From NCBI GenBank assembly GCA_024225275.1, contig JAAEMS010000279.1, positions 31,662 to 95,661 of the forward strand: 64,000 nt of DNA, written 5' to 3'. The DNA comes from Actinomycetes bacterium. Lineage in GTDB: Bacteria > Actinomycetota > Acidimicrobiia > Acidimicrobiales > JAAEMS01. The translations under genes and the position numbers were made by a program. Shown piece after piece: positions 48,265-58,635 of the stretch; the first letter of the stretch is position 1; each line of letters starts with the position of its first letter. Under the pieces are notes generated by a model, which saw only the letters and a list, made by a program, of their open reading frames with translations, did not search any database and was not told where the DNA came from.

Positions 48265-49461
48265 TCAGCTCAGTACGGCTCGGGCCGCGTCGCCGGCGAA
48301 CCGTTCGAGGCTGGCCACCGGGTGATTGCGCATGGCCAGCAGGTCTCGCATGAACCGCTGGAGGGGGTTGTCGCGGAACATCACCCCGCCGCCGGCGGTG
48401 GCGAACATACCCAGGGCCGCCTCGAGCGAGTCGGGGATCGTGCGGGCACCGAGGTAGTGGAGCCTACGCTGGGCCACCGGATCGAGAGCCTCACCCCGGC
48501 ACGCCACCGCGTAGAGCTCGTCCCACGCCGACACCATCGACCGGGTGAGCATGTCGACCCGGTTGAGGCCCTCGGCCAACCGGAGCTGGAGCTCGGGCTT
48601 CTGGGCCACTCCGGGACCACCGAAGCCGGGCACCCGATGGCGGGACTGGCGGACCCACTCCTCGGCGAACCCGGTTACCGCGCCCAGAGCCGGGCCGGCG
48701 ATGCCCCAACTGAAGAGATCGAGGAATGAGTGGCGATAGAGGGGCGAGTCGTTGATGTCCCAACCGGGCCGTTCGAAGCTCGGGTCGTTGAACTCGGTCA
48801 TCAGGTGGGTTCGGTAGGCCGGCACCCGTACCCCCTCGATTCGCAGGGCCCGGCTCCCGGTGCCAGCCAGGCCGGTGACGTCCCAGCTGTCCTCGTCGAT
48901 GGCGAAGTCGTCGCGGCCCACGAGGAAGACGCGGGGCCCGAGCTGTTCCTGACCCTCGACCAGGGCCGCCAGCAGAGCCCAGCCGGCGTGATCCACTCCG
49001 CTCGAGAAGCCCCACCAGCCACTGACCCAGTAGTCGTCGCCCTCGGGGCGGGCCGATCCGGTGGGTGCGTACGACGACGAGACCAGCGCCGTGGGATCGG
49101 GACCCCACACATCGGCTTGAGCATCGGGGTGCATGCACGCCACCTCCCACGGGTGCATGCCCAGCACCGAGGCCACCCATCCGGTTGAGGCACAGGCCGA
49201 TCCGAGCAGCACCACCCCGCGGAAGAAGGTGGCAGGATCGAGCTGGAGGCCGTCCCATCGGCGGGGCTGGAGGCCGGCCAGAACGCCGGCCTCGATCAGC
49301 TCGCCAATGGTTTCGTCGGGGATCCGGCCTCGCTGCTCGGTGGCCGCGGCCCGGTCGCGGATGCCGGGGAGCAGGTCGCGGACCCGGCCGAGGAAGTCGT
49401 CGGGATCGACAACCGGCCCGGCGGACGTGGTCTGGGTGGGTACGTTCTCGGTGGTGGCCAT
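48265..49461 (-). CDS. Flavin-dependent monooxygenase oxygenase component (HsaA-like, acyl-CoA dehydrogenase fold)
   Basis: ACASTGWV, SSSYAP, FSSGVDHA.W, GLAGTGS, LQRFMRD. Confidence 0.85.
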   Translation of the reverse strand: MATTENVPTQTTSAGPVVDPDDFLGRVRDLLPGIRDRAAATEQRGRIPDETIGELIEAGVLAGLQPRRWDGLQLDPATFFRGVVLLGSACASTGWVASVLGMHPWEVACMHPDAQADVWGPDPTALVSSSYAPTGSARPEGDDYWVSGWWGFSSGVDHAGWALLAALVEGQEQLGPRVFLVGRDDFAIDEDSWDVTGLAGTGSRALRIEGVRVPAYRTHLMTEFNDPSFERPGWDINDSPLYRHSFLDLFSWGIAGPALGAVTGFAEEWVRQSRHRVPGFGGPGVAQKPELQLRLAEGLNRVDMLTRSMVSAWDELYAVACRGEALDPVAQRRLHYLGARTIPDSLEAALGMFATAGGGVMFRDNPLQRFMRDLLAMRNHPVASLERFAGDAARAVLS

Positions 49462-49476
49462 GGGGCGCCTCGGGGA

Positions 49477-50037
49477 TCAGTCGCCGGCCAGAGCGGGAAC
49501 GGTCACCGACTCCTGGTCGGAGCGGAACACCCGGGCCGTGAGGTCTTCTCCCGCCCGGTGAGCGGCCAGCAACTCATCGGGGTCGAAGTCTTCACCGATG
49601 GGGTTGGCGGCGAAGGCCGCTCCCTCCATGAATTCGTTCGCCGCGTCCACGTCGAGCACATCGATCTGGAACTCGGAACGGTTGCCGTCGGGGTCCTCGT
49701 AGTACATCGACAGCGTCATCCCGTGCCGGAGGCGCGTGACCGGCGTGATGCCCATGTCGCGGAGCCGCTCGTAGGTGTCCATCAGCCCGTTGATGGTGTC
49801 CCAGGTGTACGCCACATGGTGCACACCCACTGGATCGCGGCGTCGGCCATCGCCTTCGGATGCCGGTCCGAGGTTCAAGAAGGCAAGCCGATGATGCTCC
49901 TCGTCGTAGGTGAGGAAGGTGAGCTTGTCGTTGGCGTGCTGGGTCTTGGCCTCGAAGACCCTGGTGTACCAGTCGATCATCTGGTCGTAGTGGTGGGTGG
50001 CGTAGACGACGTGGGCGAGCTTGCTGGGTGCGACCAT
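49477..50037 (-). CDS. VOC / extradiol dioxygenase-like protein
   Basis: KLAHVV, YDEEHHR, GVHHVAY, HGMTLSMYYEDPDGN..E. Confidence 0.85.
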   Translation of the reverse strand: MVAPSKLAHVVYATHHYDQMIDWYTRVFEAKTQHANDKLTFLTYDEEHHRLAFLNLGPASEGDGRRRDPVGVHHVAYTWDTINGLMDTYERLRDMGITPVTRLRHGMTLSMYYEDPDGNRSEFQIDVLDVDAANEFMEGAAFAANPIGEDFDPDELLAAHRAGEDLTARVFRSDQESVTVPALAGD

Positions 50038-50076
50038 GACGGCCTCCTGGATGGATCGGGTCGGTGGTTGAACGGT

Positions 50077-50733
50077 TCAGTGTTGGGGTCGGTACGAGGG
50101 GAGGAGCATGGCGACCAGAGAGTCGGCGTGGTCGGCAACCGCGCCCGACGAGTCGGGCTCGATGCCGAGGAGGCGGGCTTCGGGGGCGTTGGCGTACAGC
50201 AGGGACGCCGCCCCGATGACCATGTGATAGAGCACGTCGACGGGCAGAGGGGCGGCCATAGCCTGGTCGGTGAGGGAAATCCAGCGACGCCCCAGGTCGC
50301 GATGACGCCACTCGAGATGGTTGGACACCAGCCAGGTCAGGCGGTCGCTGGGGGCGGTGCCTTCGTGCATCATGATGCGGTTGAGCTCGGGACGTCGTGA
50401 CGCGAACACGACGAGTCCCCGGATGATGGCGGCGAACACCGCGGGCTCGTCGGTGGGGTCGATGCCCGCCACGTGCTCGGCGATGACCACATCGAGCTCG
50501 CCCAGGAGCCGTTCCAGACAGAGCCGCCAGAGCTCGTCCTTGGACTCGAAGTGGTAGTTGATCTGGGGTTGGTGGGCCCCGGCCCGCGAGGCAATGGCTC
50601 GGGTGGAGGCACCGTCGAACCCGTTGGCCGCGAACTCGACCAGCGCCGCCTCTATCAGACGGTCGCGCGTCTCCTCGGTTCCCCGATTGACCCTCCCCCG
50701 ACCGGAGGCCGGGGCGTCGGCCGTCCGCACCAT
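50077..50733 (-). CDS. TetR family regulator
   Basis: GFDGASTRAIA..INYHFESK. Confidence 0.9.
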   Translation of the reverse strand: MVRTADAPASGRGRVNRGTEETRDRLIEAALVEFAANGFDGASTRAIASRAGAHQPQINYHFESKDELWRLCLERLLGELDVVIAEHVAGIDPTDEPAVFAAIIRGLVVFASRRPELNRIMMHEGTAPSDRLTWLVSNHLEWRHRDLGRRWISLTDQAMAAPLPVDVLYHMVIGAASLLYANAPEARLLGIEPDSSGAVADHADSLVAMLLPSYRPQH

Positions 50734-50739
50734 GTCTAA

Positions 50740-50768
50740 ATGTTATCGACCGATAAAACTCCTGTCGA
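50740..50768 (-). promoter_or_regulatory. Leaderless promoter with palindromic operator for tetR
   Basis: Minus strand TCGACA-17 nt-TAACAT, 6 nt before ATG; TTATCG-ac-CGATAA at 50743-50756. Confidence 0.6.
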
Positions 50769-50913
50769 GCAGCCATGTACTTCCAGCCGGTGTTCTCGGC
50801 ACCCGTCGACCCATGATCACGGGTTCCTGCGGGCCTGATCCGTTCGGCCCATCTATGTCTCAGAGGGTCATTCCGGCCCGCATTTTCGCCGACTTCAAGT
50901 ATTGGAAGGTGAG

Positions 50914-53900
50914 ATGTCACACCAATCGAACAAGTGGGACAGCCGGCCCGTATTCGCGGGCGCGGTGCGGGCCTTCGTCCTCGTCGCGCCCATTCTCTTC
51001 GCCATCATCGCGGTGCTTGTCCTGGGCCGGGCGATACCTCGCCCGCCAGGACTCGTGCCCACGGTCCTCTGGTGGATCGGCCTCACCATGGTATCCACCC
51101 TCGTGTTGTGGTCGATCGACAAGCTCCTCCGCCGCCTCCTGCCCGTCGTAGCCCTGTTCAAGCTCTCCCTGGCCTTCCCCGATCACGCCCCATCGCGGTT
51201 CAAGACCGCCATCCGCTCCGGCACCGTCCGACAACTGGAACGGCAGGTGGCCTCGGGGCAGCTGTCGCGCGCTACACCCCAGGAGGCGGCCGAACAGCTC
51301 ATTGCCCTGGCCGCCACTCTCAACGAGCACGACCGCCTGACCCGCGGGCACACCGAACGGGTGAGGGCCTACTCGGCGATGATCGGCGAGGAAATGGGGC
51401 TCGACGAGACGGAGCTCGAGTTCCTGAACTGGTCAGGGCTCGTGCACGACATCGGCAAGCTGAGCGTGCCATCCGAAATTCTCAACAAACCGGGCAAGCT
51501 CGACGAGGCGGAGTGGGCCATCCTGCGCGAGCATCCGGCCCACGCCGACGTCCTCATCGAACCCCTGCGGCCGTGGTTGGGCGAATGGGCCGAGTCGGCC
51601 ACCCAGCATCACGAGCGATTCGACGGCGCCGGGTACCCGAACGGCCTGTCCGGCTATGAGATCTCCCGGGCCGGGCGGATCGTGGCGGTGGCCGACGCCT
51701 ACGACGTGATGACGTCGGTCCGCTCCTACAAGAAGGCGACGACCGCCACCGAAGCCCGCCGCGAGCTGGCCCGCCACGCCGGCGACCAGTTCGACCCGGA
51801 GGTGGTCCGCGCCTTCCTGAACGTCGCCATTGGCCGGCTCCGGCTGGTGATGGGCCCGCTCTCGTCATTGGTCCAGTTCCCGGCTGGTAGTGCCTCGCTC
51901 GGTTCGGCGGCCGCGACGACCGCGGGAGCGGCGGCCAGTGTGGCCGTCGCAGCCCTGGTCGGGGTGCCCGCGGCCGAGCCGGCCGAGCCGGCCCCCCCGG
52001 CCCCCGACGCAGTGGCGTTCGTCGCCGCCGACGCCCCCGATCTTGTCATCGACGGGATGGAGGATCAGGTGCTCTCGGTTGATATCGGGACCGAATCCCC
52101 CCTCGCGATTCGGTCGCTCACCATCATCGAGGAGTCCAGATACGGCGTCGCAACCGTCGACGGCGACGTCATCCGGTTCACTCCGAATCCGGACACCAAC
52201 GGGGTCACGTCACTCACCTACAAGGCGTGCTTCAGCGACGACACCTGCGACGAAGGCACGCTCACCCTGGCCCTCACCCCGGTCAACGACGCCCCCCGAC
52301 CCGTCGATGACACGGCAACCGTGGCCGAAGACGAGTCGGTAACGGTCAACGTGTTGGCCAACGACCTGGATGTCGACGGGGGTGAACTCCGGGTCACCGA
52401 CTTCACCGTCAGCTGGCCCGATCACGAGCCCTCCGAGCTCGGGGTCGAGCTGGCACCCGGCGGACTCACCATCACCCCGGCTCCGGATCAGTGGGGTCAC
52501 GCCAGAATCGTCTACGAGGTGACCGAACCCGACGGCCTGACCGACGAAGCGACCGTTCGGGTCGAGGTGACCCCGGTCAACGACAGCCCCGAGGCCGCCA
52601 ACGACGTTGCCGTGGTGATCGAGAACCGGGCGACCACTATCGATGTGCTGGCCAACGACACCGATATCGACGACGACGCGCTGAGCATCGTGTCGATCAG
52701 CTCCCTTGCGGGCGGCACCGCCACCATCGTTGGAGACCAGGTCCGTTTCACCCCCTTCACCCGGTACGTGGGTGAGGGCAGTTTCCGCTATACCGCCAGC
52801 GACGGAAACGGGGGCATCTCGACCGCGGAGGCCGCGCTCGAGATCGTTCCCGTGGGGACCCTGCCCGCCCTGGTCGACGACGTGGCCGGCGCTTTCGAGG
52901 ACACCCCGACCACCATCGATGTCCTGGCCAACGACAGCTCGATCGACGCAACGGTGGATCCGGCAACCCTGCGCATCGACCAGCCGCCCACGGCCGGCGC
53001 CACCTCGGTCGTCGATGGTGTCGTTCGCTACACGCCGGGCGCCGACTGGTCGGGCTCCGACTCGTTCGACTACCTCGCCTGCGACACCAACGACTACTGC
53101 GGAACGGCCACCGTGACGGTGACCGTGACCGCGGTCAATGACGCTCCCAGCTTCGGGGCCGGAGCCGACCAGACCGTTCCCGAGGATCACGCCCCGGTGA
53201 CCGTGGCCGGCTGGGCCTCGGGGCTCACGGTCGACCCGACCGACGAATCCACCCAGACCGCAGTGTTCGTCGTGACGACCGTCGACCCCAGCCTGTTCAG
53301 CTCCCAGCCCGCCATCGACCCGGCCGGCACCCTCACCTACTCCCTGGCCGCCGACGCCAACGGCACGACAACCGCCTCAGTGACCATGGTCGACGACGGG
53401 GGTACCGCGAACGGCGGGTCCGACACGAGCCCGGCCCACACTCTCTCCTTCACCATCCTGCCCAGCAACGATGCCCCCAGCTTCGGGGCCGGAGCCGACC
53501 AGACGGTTGCCGAAGACAGCGGCCCGACGGTGGTGCCCGGCTGGGCCACCGGAATCAGCCCCGGCCCGGCCGACGAATCCGGACAGGCCACCGTCTTCGG
53601 ATCGGTCACTGCCGGTCCAGGCCTGTTCACGGTCACCCCGGCCGTCGCGCCAGACGGCACCCTGAGTTTCACCCCCGCGCCCGACGCCAACGGCACCACG
53701 ACGGTGACGGTGAGTGTCCAGGACGATGGGGGCACTGAGAACGCCGGCATCGATACCAGCCCCAACCACACCCTGACGGTGACGATCACCGCGTCGAATG
53801 ACGCACCGGTGGCCAACGACGACGCGGGAGCCGGGTACTCGACCAGCGAGGACACCGCCCTCATCACCCCCGACGTCACCACCAACGACACCGATGTCGA

Positions 53901-56361
53901 TGACCCGATCGATCCTGGGTCCGTGGTGCTGATGGCCAACGGCACCAACGGCACCGCGGTGAGCAATGGTGACGGCAGCTTCACCTACACCCCTGACCCC
54001 AACTGGTCGGGCACCGACACCTTCACCTACACCATCACCGACCCCGAACCCCTCACCTCCAACCAGGCCACCATCACCGTGGTGGTCAGCCCGGTCAACG
54101 ACGCTCCCGTCGTCACCAACCCGGAAGCCCAGACCGCCGATGCCGGACTTGGCTTCAACCTCCAGATCATGGCGACGGATATCGAGTTCGACGACTTGTC
54201 CTACGGCGCAGCCGGTCTCCCTGCCGGCTTGAGCATCAGCGGCACCGGGCTCATCTCCGGGACGACAGACCCCGGAGCGGTTGGGATCCACTCGGTCGAC
54301 GTCACCGTGACCGATGACGGCACCCCGAATGAGGCCACGATCATGAACTTCGTCATCGACGTGGCTCCCCACACAGCCTCGACCCACGCCGGGTCGATCG
54401 TGATCAACGAAGTCCTCCACAAACAGGCCGGCAATCCGCTCGAGGAGTTCGTGGAGCTGTACAACGCCGGAGGTAGCGCCGTCGATCTCACCGGGTGGAC
54501 ACTGGCCGACGCCAATCTCAAGGTCGACGGGATGAGCAGCCTGAACTACACCGTCCCGGCCACCGACCACTGGGGCACCACTTCGGTACTCCAGCCCGGC
54601 GAGTACGCCGTGATCTGGTTGGTGTACGACGGCGCCACCCTACCGCCCGTGACCAATCCGGCTTCCGGCCTCGAGTTCGTGGTCAATGATCCCGCCGAGA
54701 AACTCGGCGCCAGCGGTGACGTGCTCTGGCTACTCGACACACCGTCCACCATCGTCGACCACGTCGCCTACGGCGTGACCGCCGGCATGACCGGTCCGGC
54801 CTCAGCCCTCGGCCTGTGGAACGACAGCGCCCAGCTGTCGCTGAACACCGCACCAGGGCAGTCGATCTCCCTGAGCCCCAACGGAGTCGACGGCAACACC
54901 AGCGCCTGTTGGGAGAGAACCGGTAGCGGTGACGCCGCCGGACGCTGCCCGGGCGCCCTGGCAACCTACGACTCCGACTCCATCGGAGGTCTGAGAACCA
55001 GTGTTGCCCTCTACAACAACTCTGCCGGGGCCGACGCCGGCGGGCCCTACGCCATCGCCGAGGGGGATGGCCTCGTGCTCAACGGTTCCGGGGCCGCGGG
55101 CACCCCTATCGAGTGGCATTGGGACCTCGACAACGATGGGCAGTACGACGACGCATCGGGCATGAACCCATCACTGTCGTGGGCCACCCTCGCGAGCCTG
55201 GGCATCGACGACGACGGTGTGTACCCGATCGCCCTGGAGGTCGACGACGGCACCGGACGATCCACCACCACCGTCACGGTCACCAACGTGGCCCCCGCTC
55301 TCAGTACAAGTGGCACCTCGACCGCGAGTACCGCAGCTCCCTATTCACTGAATCTGGGAGCAGTGGATCCCGGAGCCGACACCATCGCCAGCTGGACCAT
55401 CAACTGGGGCGACGGCACGATCGACACGATCCCCGGCAACCCCGCCACCGCGACACACACATACAGTTCGCCGGGCTTCACCTTCGACATTCTTGCTTCC
55501 GCAACCGACGAAGACGGAACCTACTTCCGCAACGAACTGCTGGTCCCCAGCTACGACGGCGACACGGTCTTCCGTTTCGCAGCGGAGACCGGTGCCTTCT
55601 CCGAGGTATTCGCCACGGCGGACGACCCCACGGAGGGAATCATCGGACCCGACGGCCGACTGTATGTGAGCGGCGATCTCTCGAGCAACGTCTTGCGCTA
55701 CAACGCAACCACAGGCGCATACATCGACGAGTTCGTCACCGCCGGTGAAGGCGGACTCAACAGCGCAGAAGGGATGGCCTTTGGACCTGACGGCCACCTA
55801 TACGTCGGGGACTGGAGCTCGGACCGTGTCCTGCGTTTCGACGGAACCACCGGTGCGTTCATCGACATCTTCGCCGACAGCGGGATCAGGCAACCCTACG
55901 ATCTCATCTTCGGCCCGGATTCCAATCTCTACGTGGGCAACTACAACAACCATTCAATAGTTCGACTCGATGGAACTTCGGGGGCCTTGGTCGACACTTT
56001 TGTGGGCGCCGGCAGTGGCGGCCTCAACAAACCAGAACAGATGACCTTCGGACCTGATGGGAACCTGTACGTCGCCAGCTTCAATTCGGGAGAGGTGCTT
56101 CGCTACAACGGTACGACCGGTGCCTTCATCGATGTGTTCATAGCTGCCGGCGGCGTTGCCGACCTCGACAAGGCATCCGGCTTGGCCTTCGGGCCCGACG
56201 GCCATCTCTATGTCGGGGACCACGTCGACCATATGATCCTGCGGTTCCACGGCGACACAGGGGCATTCCTCGGCGAATACGTCACGATGGCGGCGGGCGG
56301 GCTGTCCCGGCCCCACCTCATGACATTCCTGCCCGACCAGCAGGTCACTGTCACGGGCTGA
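50914..56361 (+). CDS. Membrane HD-GYP phosphodiesterase fused to Ig/cadherin-like repeats, lamin-tail, PKD and beta-propeller domains
   Basis: Two TM; HTERV, HDIGK, HHERFDGAGYP, AVADAYD, RSYK; hydrophobic segment; six (V/S)ND(A/S)P repeats; INEV..EFVELYN..DLTGW; WGDG; GPD(G) repeats. Alternative TTG start at 50902. Confidence 0.85.
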   Translation: MSHQSNKWDSRPVFAGAVRAFVLVAPILFAIIAVLVLGRAIPRPPGLVPTVLWWIGLTMVSTLVLWSIDKLLRRLLPVVALFKLSLAFPDHAPSRFKTAIRSGTVRQLERQVASGQLSRATPQEAAEQLIALAATLNEHDRLTRGHTERVRAYSAMIGEEMGLDETELEFLNWSGLVHDIGKLSVPSEILNKPGKLDEAEWAILREHPAHADVLIEPLRPWLGEWAESATQHHERFDGAGYPNGLSGYEISRAGRIVAVADAYDVMTSVRSYKKATTATEARRELARHAGDQFDPEVVRAFLNVAIGRLRLVMGPLSSLVQFPAGSASLGSAAATTAGAAASVAVAALVGVPAAEPAEPAPPAPDAVAFVAADAPDLVIDGMEDQVLSVDIGTESPLAIRSLTIIEESRYGVATVDGDVIRFTPNPDTNGVTSLTYKACFSDDTCDEGTLTLALTPVNDAPRPVDDTATVAEDESVTVNVLANDLDVDGGELRVTDFTVSWPDHEPSELGVELAPGGLTITPAPDQWGHARIVYEVTEPDGLTDEATVRVEVTPVNDSPEAANDVAVVIENRATTIDVLANDTDIDDDALSIVSISSLAGGTATIVGDQVRFTPFTRYVGEGSFRYTASDGNGGISTAEAALEIVPVGTLPALVDDVAGAFEDTPTTIDVLANDSSIDATVDPATLRIDQPPTAGATSVVDGVVRYTPGADWSGSDSFDYLACDTNDYCGTATVTVTVTAVNDAPSFGAGADQTVPEDHAPVTVAGWASGLTVDPTDESTQTAVFVVTTVDPSLFSSQPAIDPAGTLTYSLAADANGTTTASVTMVDDGGTANGGSDTSPAHTLSFTILPSNDAPSFGAGADQTVAEDSGPTVVPGWATGISPGPADESGQATVFGSVTAGPGLFTVTPAVAPDGTLSFTPAPDANGTTTVTVSVQDDGGTENAGIDTSPNHTLTVTITASNDAPVANDDAGAGYSTSEDTALITPDVTTNDTDVDDPIDPGSVVLMANGTNGTAVSNGDGSFTYTPDPNWSGTDTFTYTITDPEPLTSNQATITVVVSPVNDAPVVTNPEAQTADAGLGFNLQIMATDIEFDDLSYGAAGLPAGLSISGTGLISGTTDPGAVGIHSVDVTVTDDGTPNEATIMNFVIDVAPHTASTHAGSIVINEVLHKQAGNPLEEFVELYNAGGSAVDLTGWTLADANLKVDGMSSLNYTVPATDHWGTTSVLQPGEYAVIWLVYDGATLPPVTNPASGLEFVVNDPAEKLGASGDVLWLLDTPSTIVDHVAYGVTAGMTGPASALGLWNDSAQLSLNTAPGQSISLSPNGVDGNTSACWERTGSGDAAGRCPGALATYDSDSIGGLRTSVALYNNSAGADAGGPYAIAEGDGLVLNGSGAAGTPIEWHWDLDNDGQYDDASGMNPSLSWATLASLGIDDDGVYPIALEVDDGTGRSTTTVTVTNVAPALSTSGTSTASTAAPYSLNLGAVDPGADTIASWTINWGDGTIDTIPGNPATATHTYSSPGFTFDILASATDEDGTYFRNELLVPSYDGDTVFRFAAETGAFSEVFATADDPTEGIIGPDGRLYVSGDLSSNVLRYNATTGAYIDEFVTAGEGGLNSAEGMAFGPDGHLYVGDWSSDRVLRFDGTTGAFIDIFADSGIRQPYDLIFGPDSNLYVGNYNNHSIVRLDGTSGALVDTFVGAGSGGLNKPEQMTFGPDGNLYVASFNSGEVLRYNGTTGAFIDVFIAAGGVADLDKASGLAFGPDGHLYVGDHVDHMILRFHGDTGAFLGEYVTMAAGGLSRPHLMTFLPDQQVTVTG

Positions 56362-56432
56362 GATTCGGCCGCCCACCCCTTCCGGCGGCAGCCCCAGAGC
56401 AGGGTCGGTGGAATTCGCGCATGGGGATGCAC

Positions 56433-57489
56433 GTGACCGAGCACACCATCAACGACGTTGACACCCACGTCACCGAAGATCCTGGGGTCTTCGTCGACCG
56501 AGTCCCGGCTTCGATGCGACCGGGTGCCGTATGTGAAGCCTGATCGCCGGGGCCGCGGCACCTGGTTCCTGGGCGACGAGCGCATGGGCGGCGCCGGCCT
56601 GACCGCCACGGCGGGGCGGGGCGACATGATGGAGTGGCCCGCCACCTACGACTACATGCACCCGGCGGCCCACAACGCCGACGCCCGGCTGAGCTACATG
56701 GACGAGATGGGCATCTGGTCCATGGTCATGTACCCCAACGTCGCCGGCTTCGGCAGCCAGGCCTTCCTCCAGCTCGACGAACCCGATCTCATGCTGGCCT
56801 GCGTCGAGGCCTACAACGACTGGCAGACCGAGTGGGCGTCGGCTGACCCGCGCCGACTGCTACCGGTGACTTCCACCCCGTTCTGGGACGTCGACGCCGC
56901 GGTGAAGGAGGTCCGCCGGTGCGCCGAAATGGGCCACAAGGGGATCCTGTTCACCGGCGAGCCCCACGCCTTTGACCTACCGATGCTGGGCGACCCTCAT
57001 TGGGACCCCCTGTGGGAAACCGCGGTCGAGGTCGGCTCGCCCATCAGCTTCCACATCGGCTCGGGGAACATGGAGGCTGGGCTGGGCCGTAGACAGGTCG
57101 GCGCCTACGGCCGGATGGCCACCTTCGCCGCTGGCTCGGTCAACCTGTTCCTGGGCAACCGGGTTCCCGAGGAGCGTCCCGATCTCGACCGCTTGACGTC
57201 GGAGTACTTCGCCTCGAACGTGTACGCCTGCTACTGGTTCGAGCAGGTCGCGCCCCGCCGGCTCATCGACAGGGTGGGGGCCGACAGCATCCTCTTCGAG
57301 ACCGACTTCCCTCACCCCACCAGCCTGTACGACGACGAGGTCCACGATCGGATCTCCCAAGGCCTGGGCGACACCGATCCCGAGATCCGACCCAAGATCC
57401 TATGGTCCAACGCCCAGCAGCTCTACCGCATCGATGAGCCCACCGCGGCTGACCGAACGAAGTTGGCGGCCGCCGCCAGCGGACTCTGA
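56433..57489 (+). pseudogene. Amidohydrolase_2 family gene with 5' frameshift and probable internal deletion
   Basis: VTEHTINDVDTHVTE (metal motif) is out of frame with the rest, shift near 56515; AYNDW, FHIG, FETDFPH present; central ESGxGW segment absent. Confidence 0.72.
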
Positions 57490-57493
57490 TCCT

Positions 57494-58563
57494 CTACTCG
57501 GCCCACTTCTCCCGCAGGATCGGCTTGGTGATCTTGCCCACCGGGTTCCGGGGCAGGGCCTCGATGATCTCGATGGGTTCGGGAAGTTTGTAGCTGCCCA
57601 CCTCGAGCTCTCGGAGGTCGGAGTCGGGATACCCGACCACCCCACACTCGGCCACCGCTTCGTGGCTCGAGACGAGACCCTCGACCTCGGCGGCCGGGAT
57701 GTTCATACCTCCCCGGATCACGATGTCCTTGGCCCGATCTACGAATCGCATGAGCGCCGGGGGAACACTCCCGTCGTCGATCCACTCGAACAGATCGCCG
57801 GTTCGGTAGTAGCCCTGCTCGTCGAATTCCTCGCCCGCCGACTCGAGGTAGCCATCGAACCCAGTGTCCCGGCGAACCGCAGCTCACCCAGTGTCCCGGC
57901 CTCGGTGATCTCGGCACCGGAGTCGAGGTCGACCAGTCGGGTCTTCACCCCGGAGCGGTCGGGCCGGGGGAAGTGCCGGGCCCGATCGGAGGGGTCGGGC
58001 ACCATCGCCATGGTCGAGAGCATGGCGGCCCCTTCGTTGGAGCCGAACCCGTTGACGATCTCGATCCCTCTGGCCTGCCAGCCCTCGACCATCCACGGAG
58101 CGAGAGGGGCCGAACCCGACGAGATCATGCGCACGGCGGAGAGATCGACGCTCTCGAGCATGGCCTCGTTGGCCTGGAGCATGTTGAGAAGAGGAGGTGG
58201 GGCGACGGTGTGGGTGATGCCTTCGGTGCTCATCTGTTGCAGGAAGACCGGCAGGTCCAGGGGCTGGTGCAGACGGTGGATGGTACCGGCCAGAACCCAT
58301 GGCACCAGCACCCCGCCGATGCCCGCACATTGACCACCGGAAACGGACAAAAGATGCGATCGGCACTGTCGAGGGAGAGCTGATCGACCTGGAATTCGGC
58401 CGAGTCCATGGCGAAGCTCGTGGCCCCGATACTGGATCGGGAAGGGTACGATCACGGCCCCCAGACGGGCGCAGGCCAGGATGGCGAGCACCGGCTCGAC
58501 CATGTTGGGCATCGGGGCGGCGACACCGATTCCGGGACCGGCTCCGAGCTCGGCCAGGGCCAA
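57494..58563 (-). pseudogene. Acyl-CoA synthetase (AMP-binding) remnant
   Basis: Fragments RLGAVIVP, SGSAPL, NGFGSNEG, TGDL, DRAKDIVIRGG, LPRNPVGKI in several frames; far shorter than the family; boundaries approximate. Confidence 0.75.
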
Positions 58564-58635
58564 ATGGTCGGCACGCTCGCCGCTCGCGGCGGCAACCGCC
58601 TGGCGATGGTCAGTGGTGCTGAGATGAGGTTGCCC

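Noticed and set aside
53146-53504. 29-bp direct repeat cccagcttcggggccggagccgaccagac
   Set aside because: Explained by duplication of adjacent Ig-like domains within the CDS
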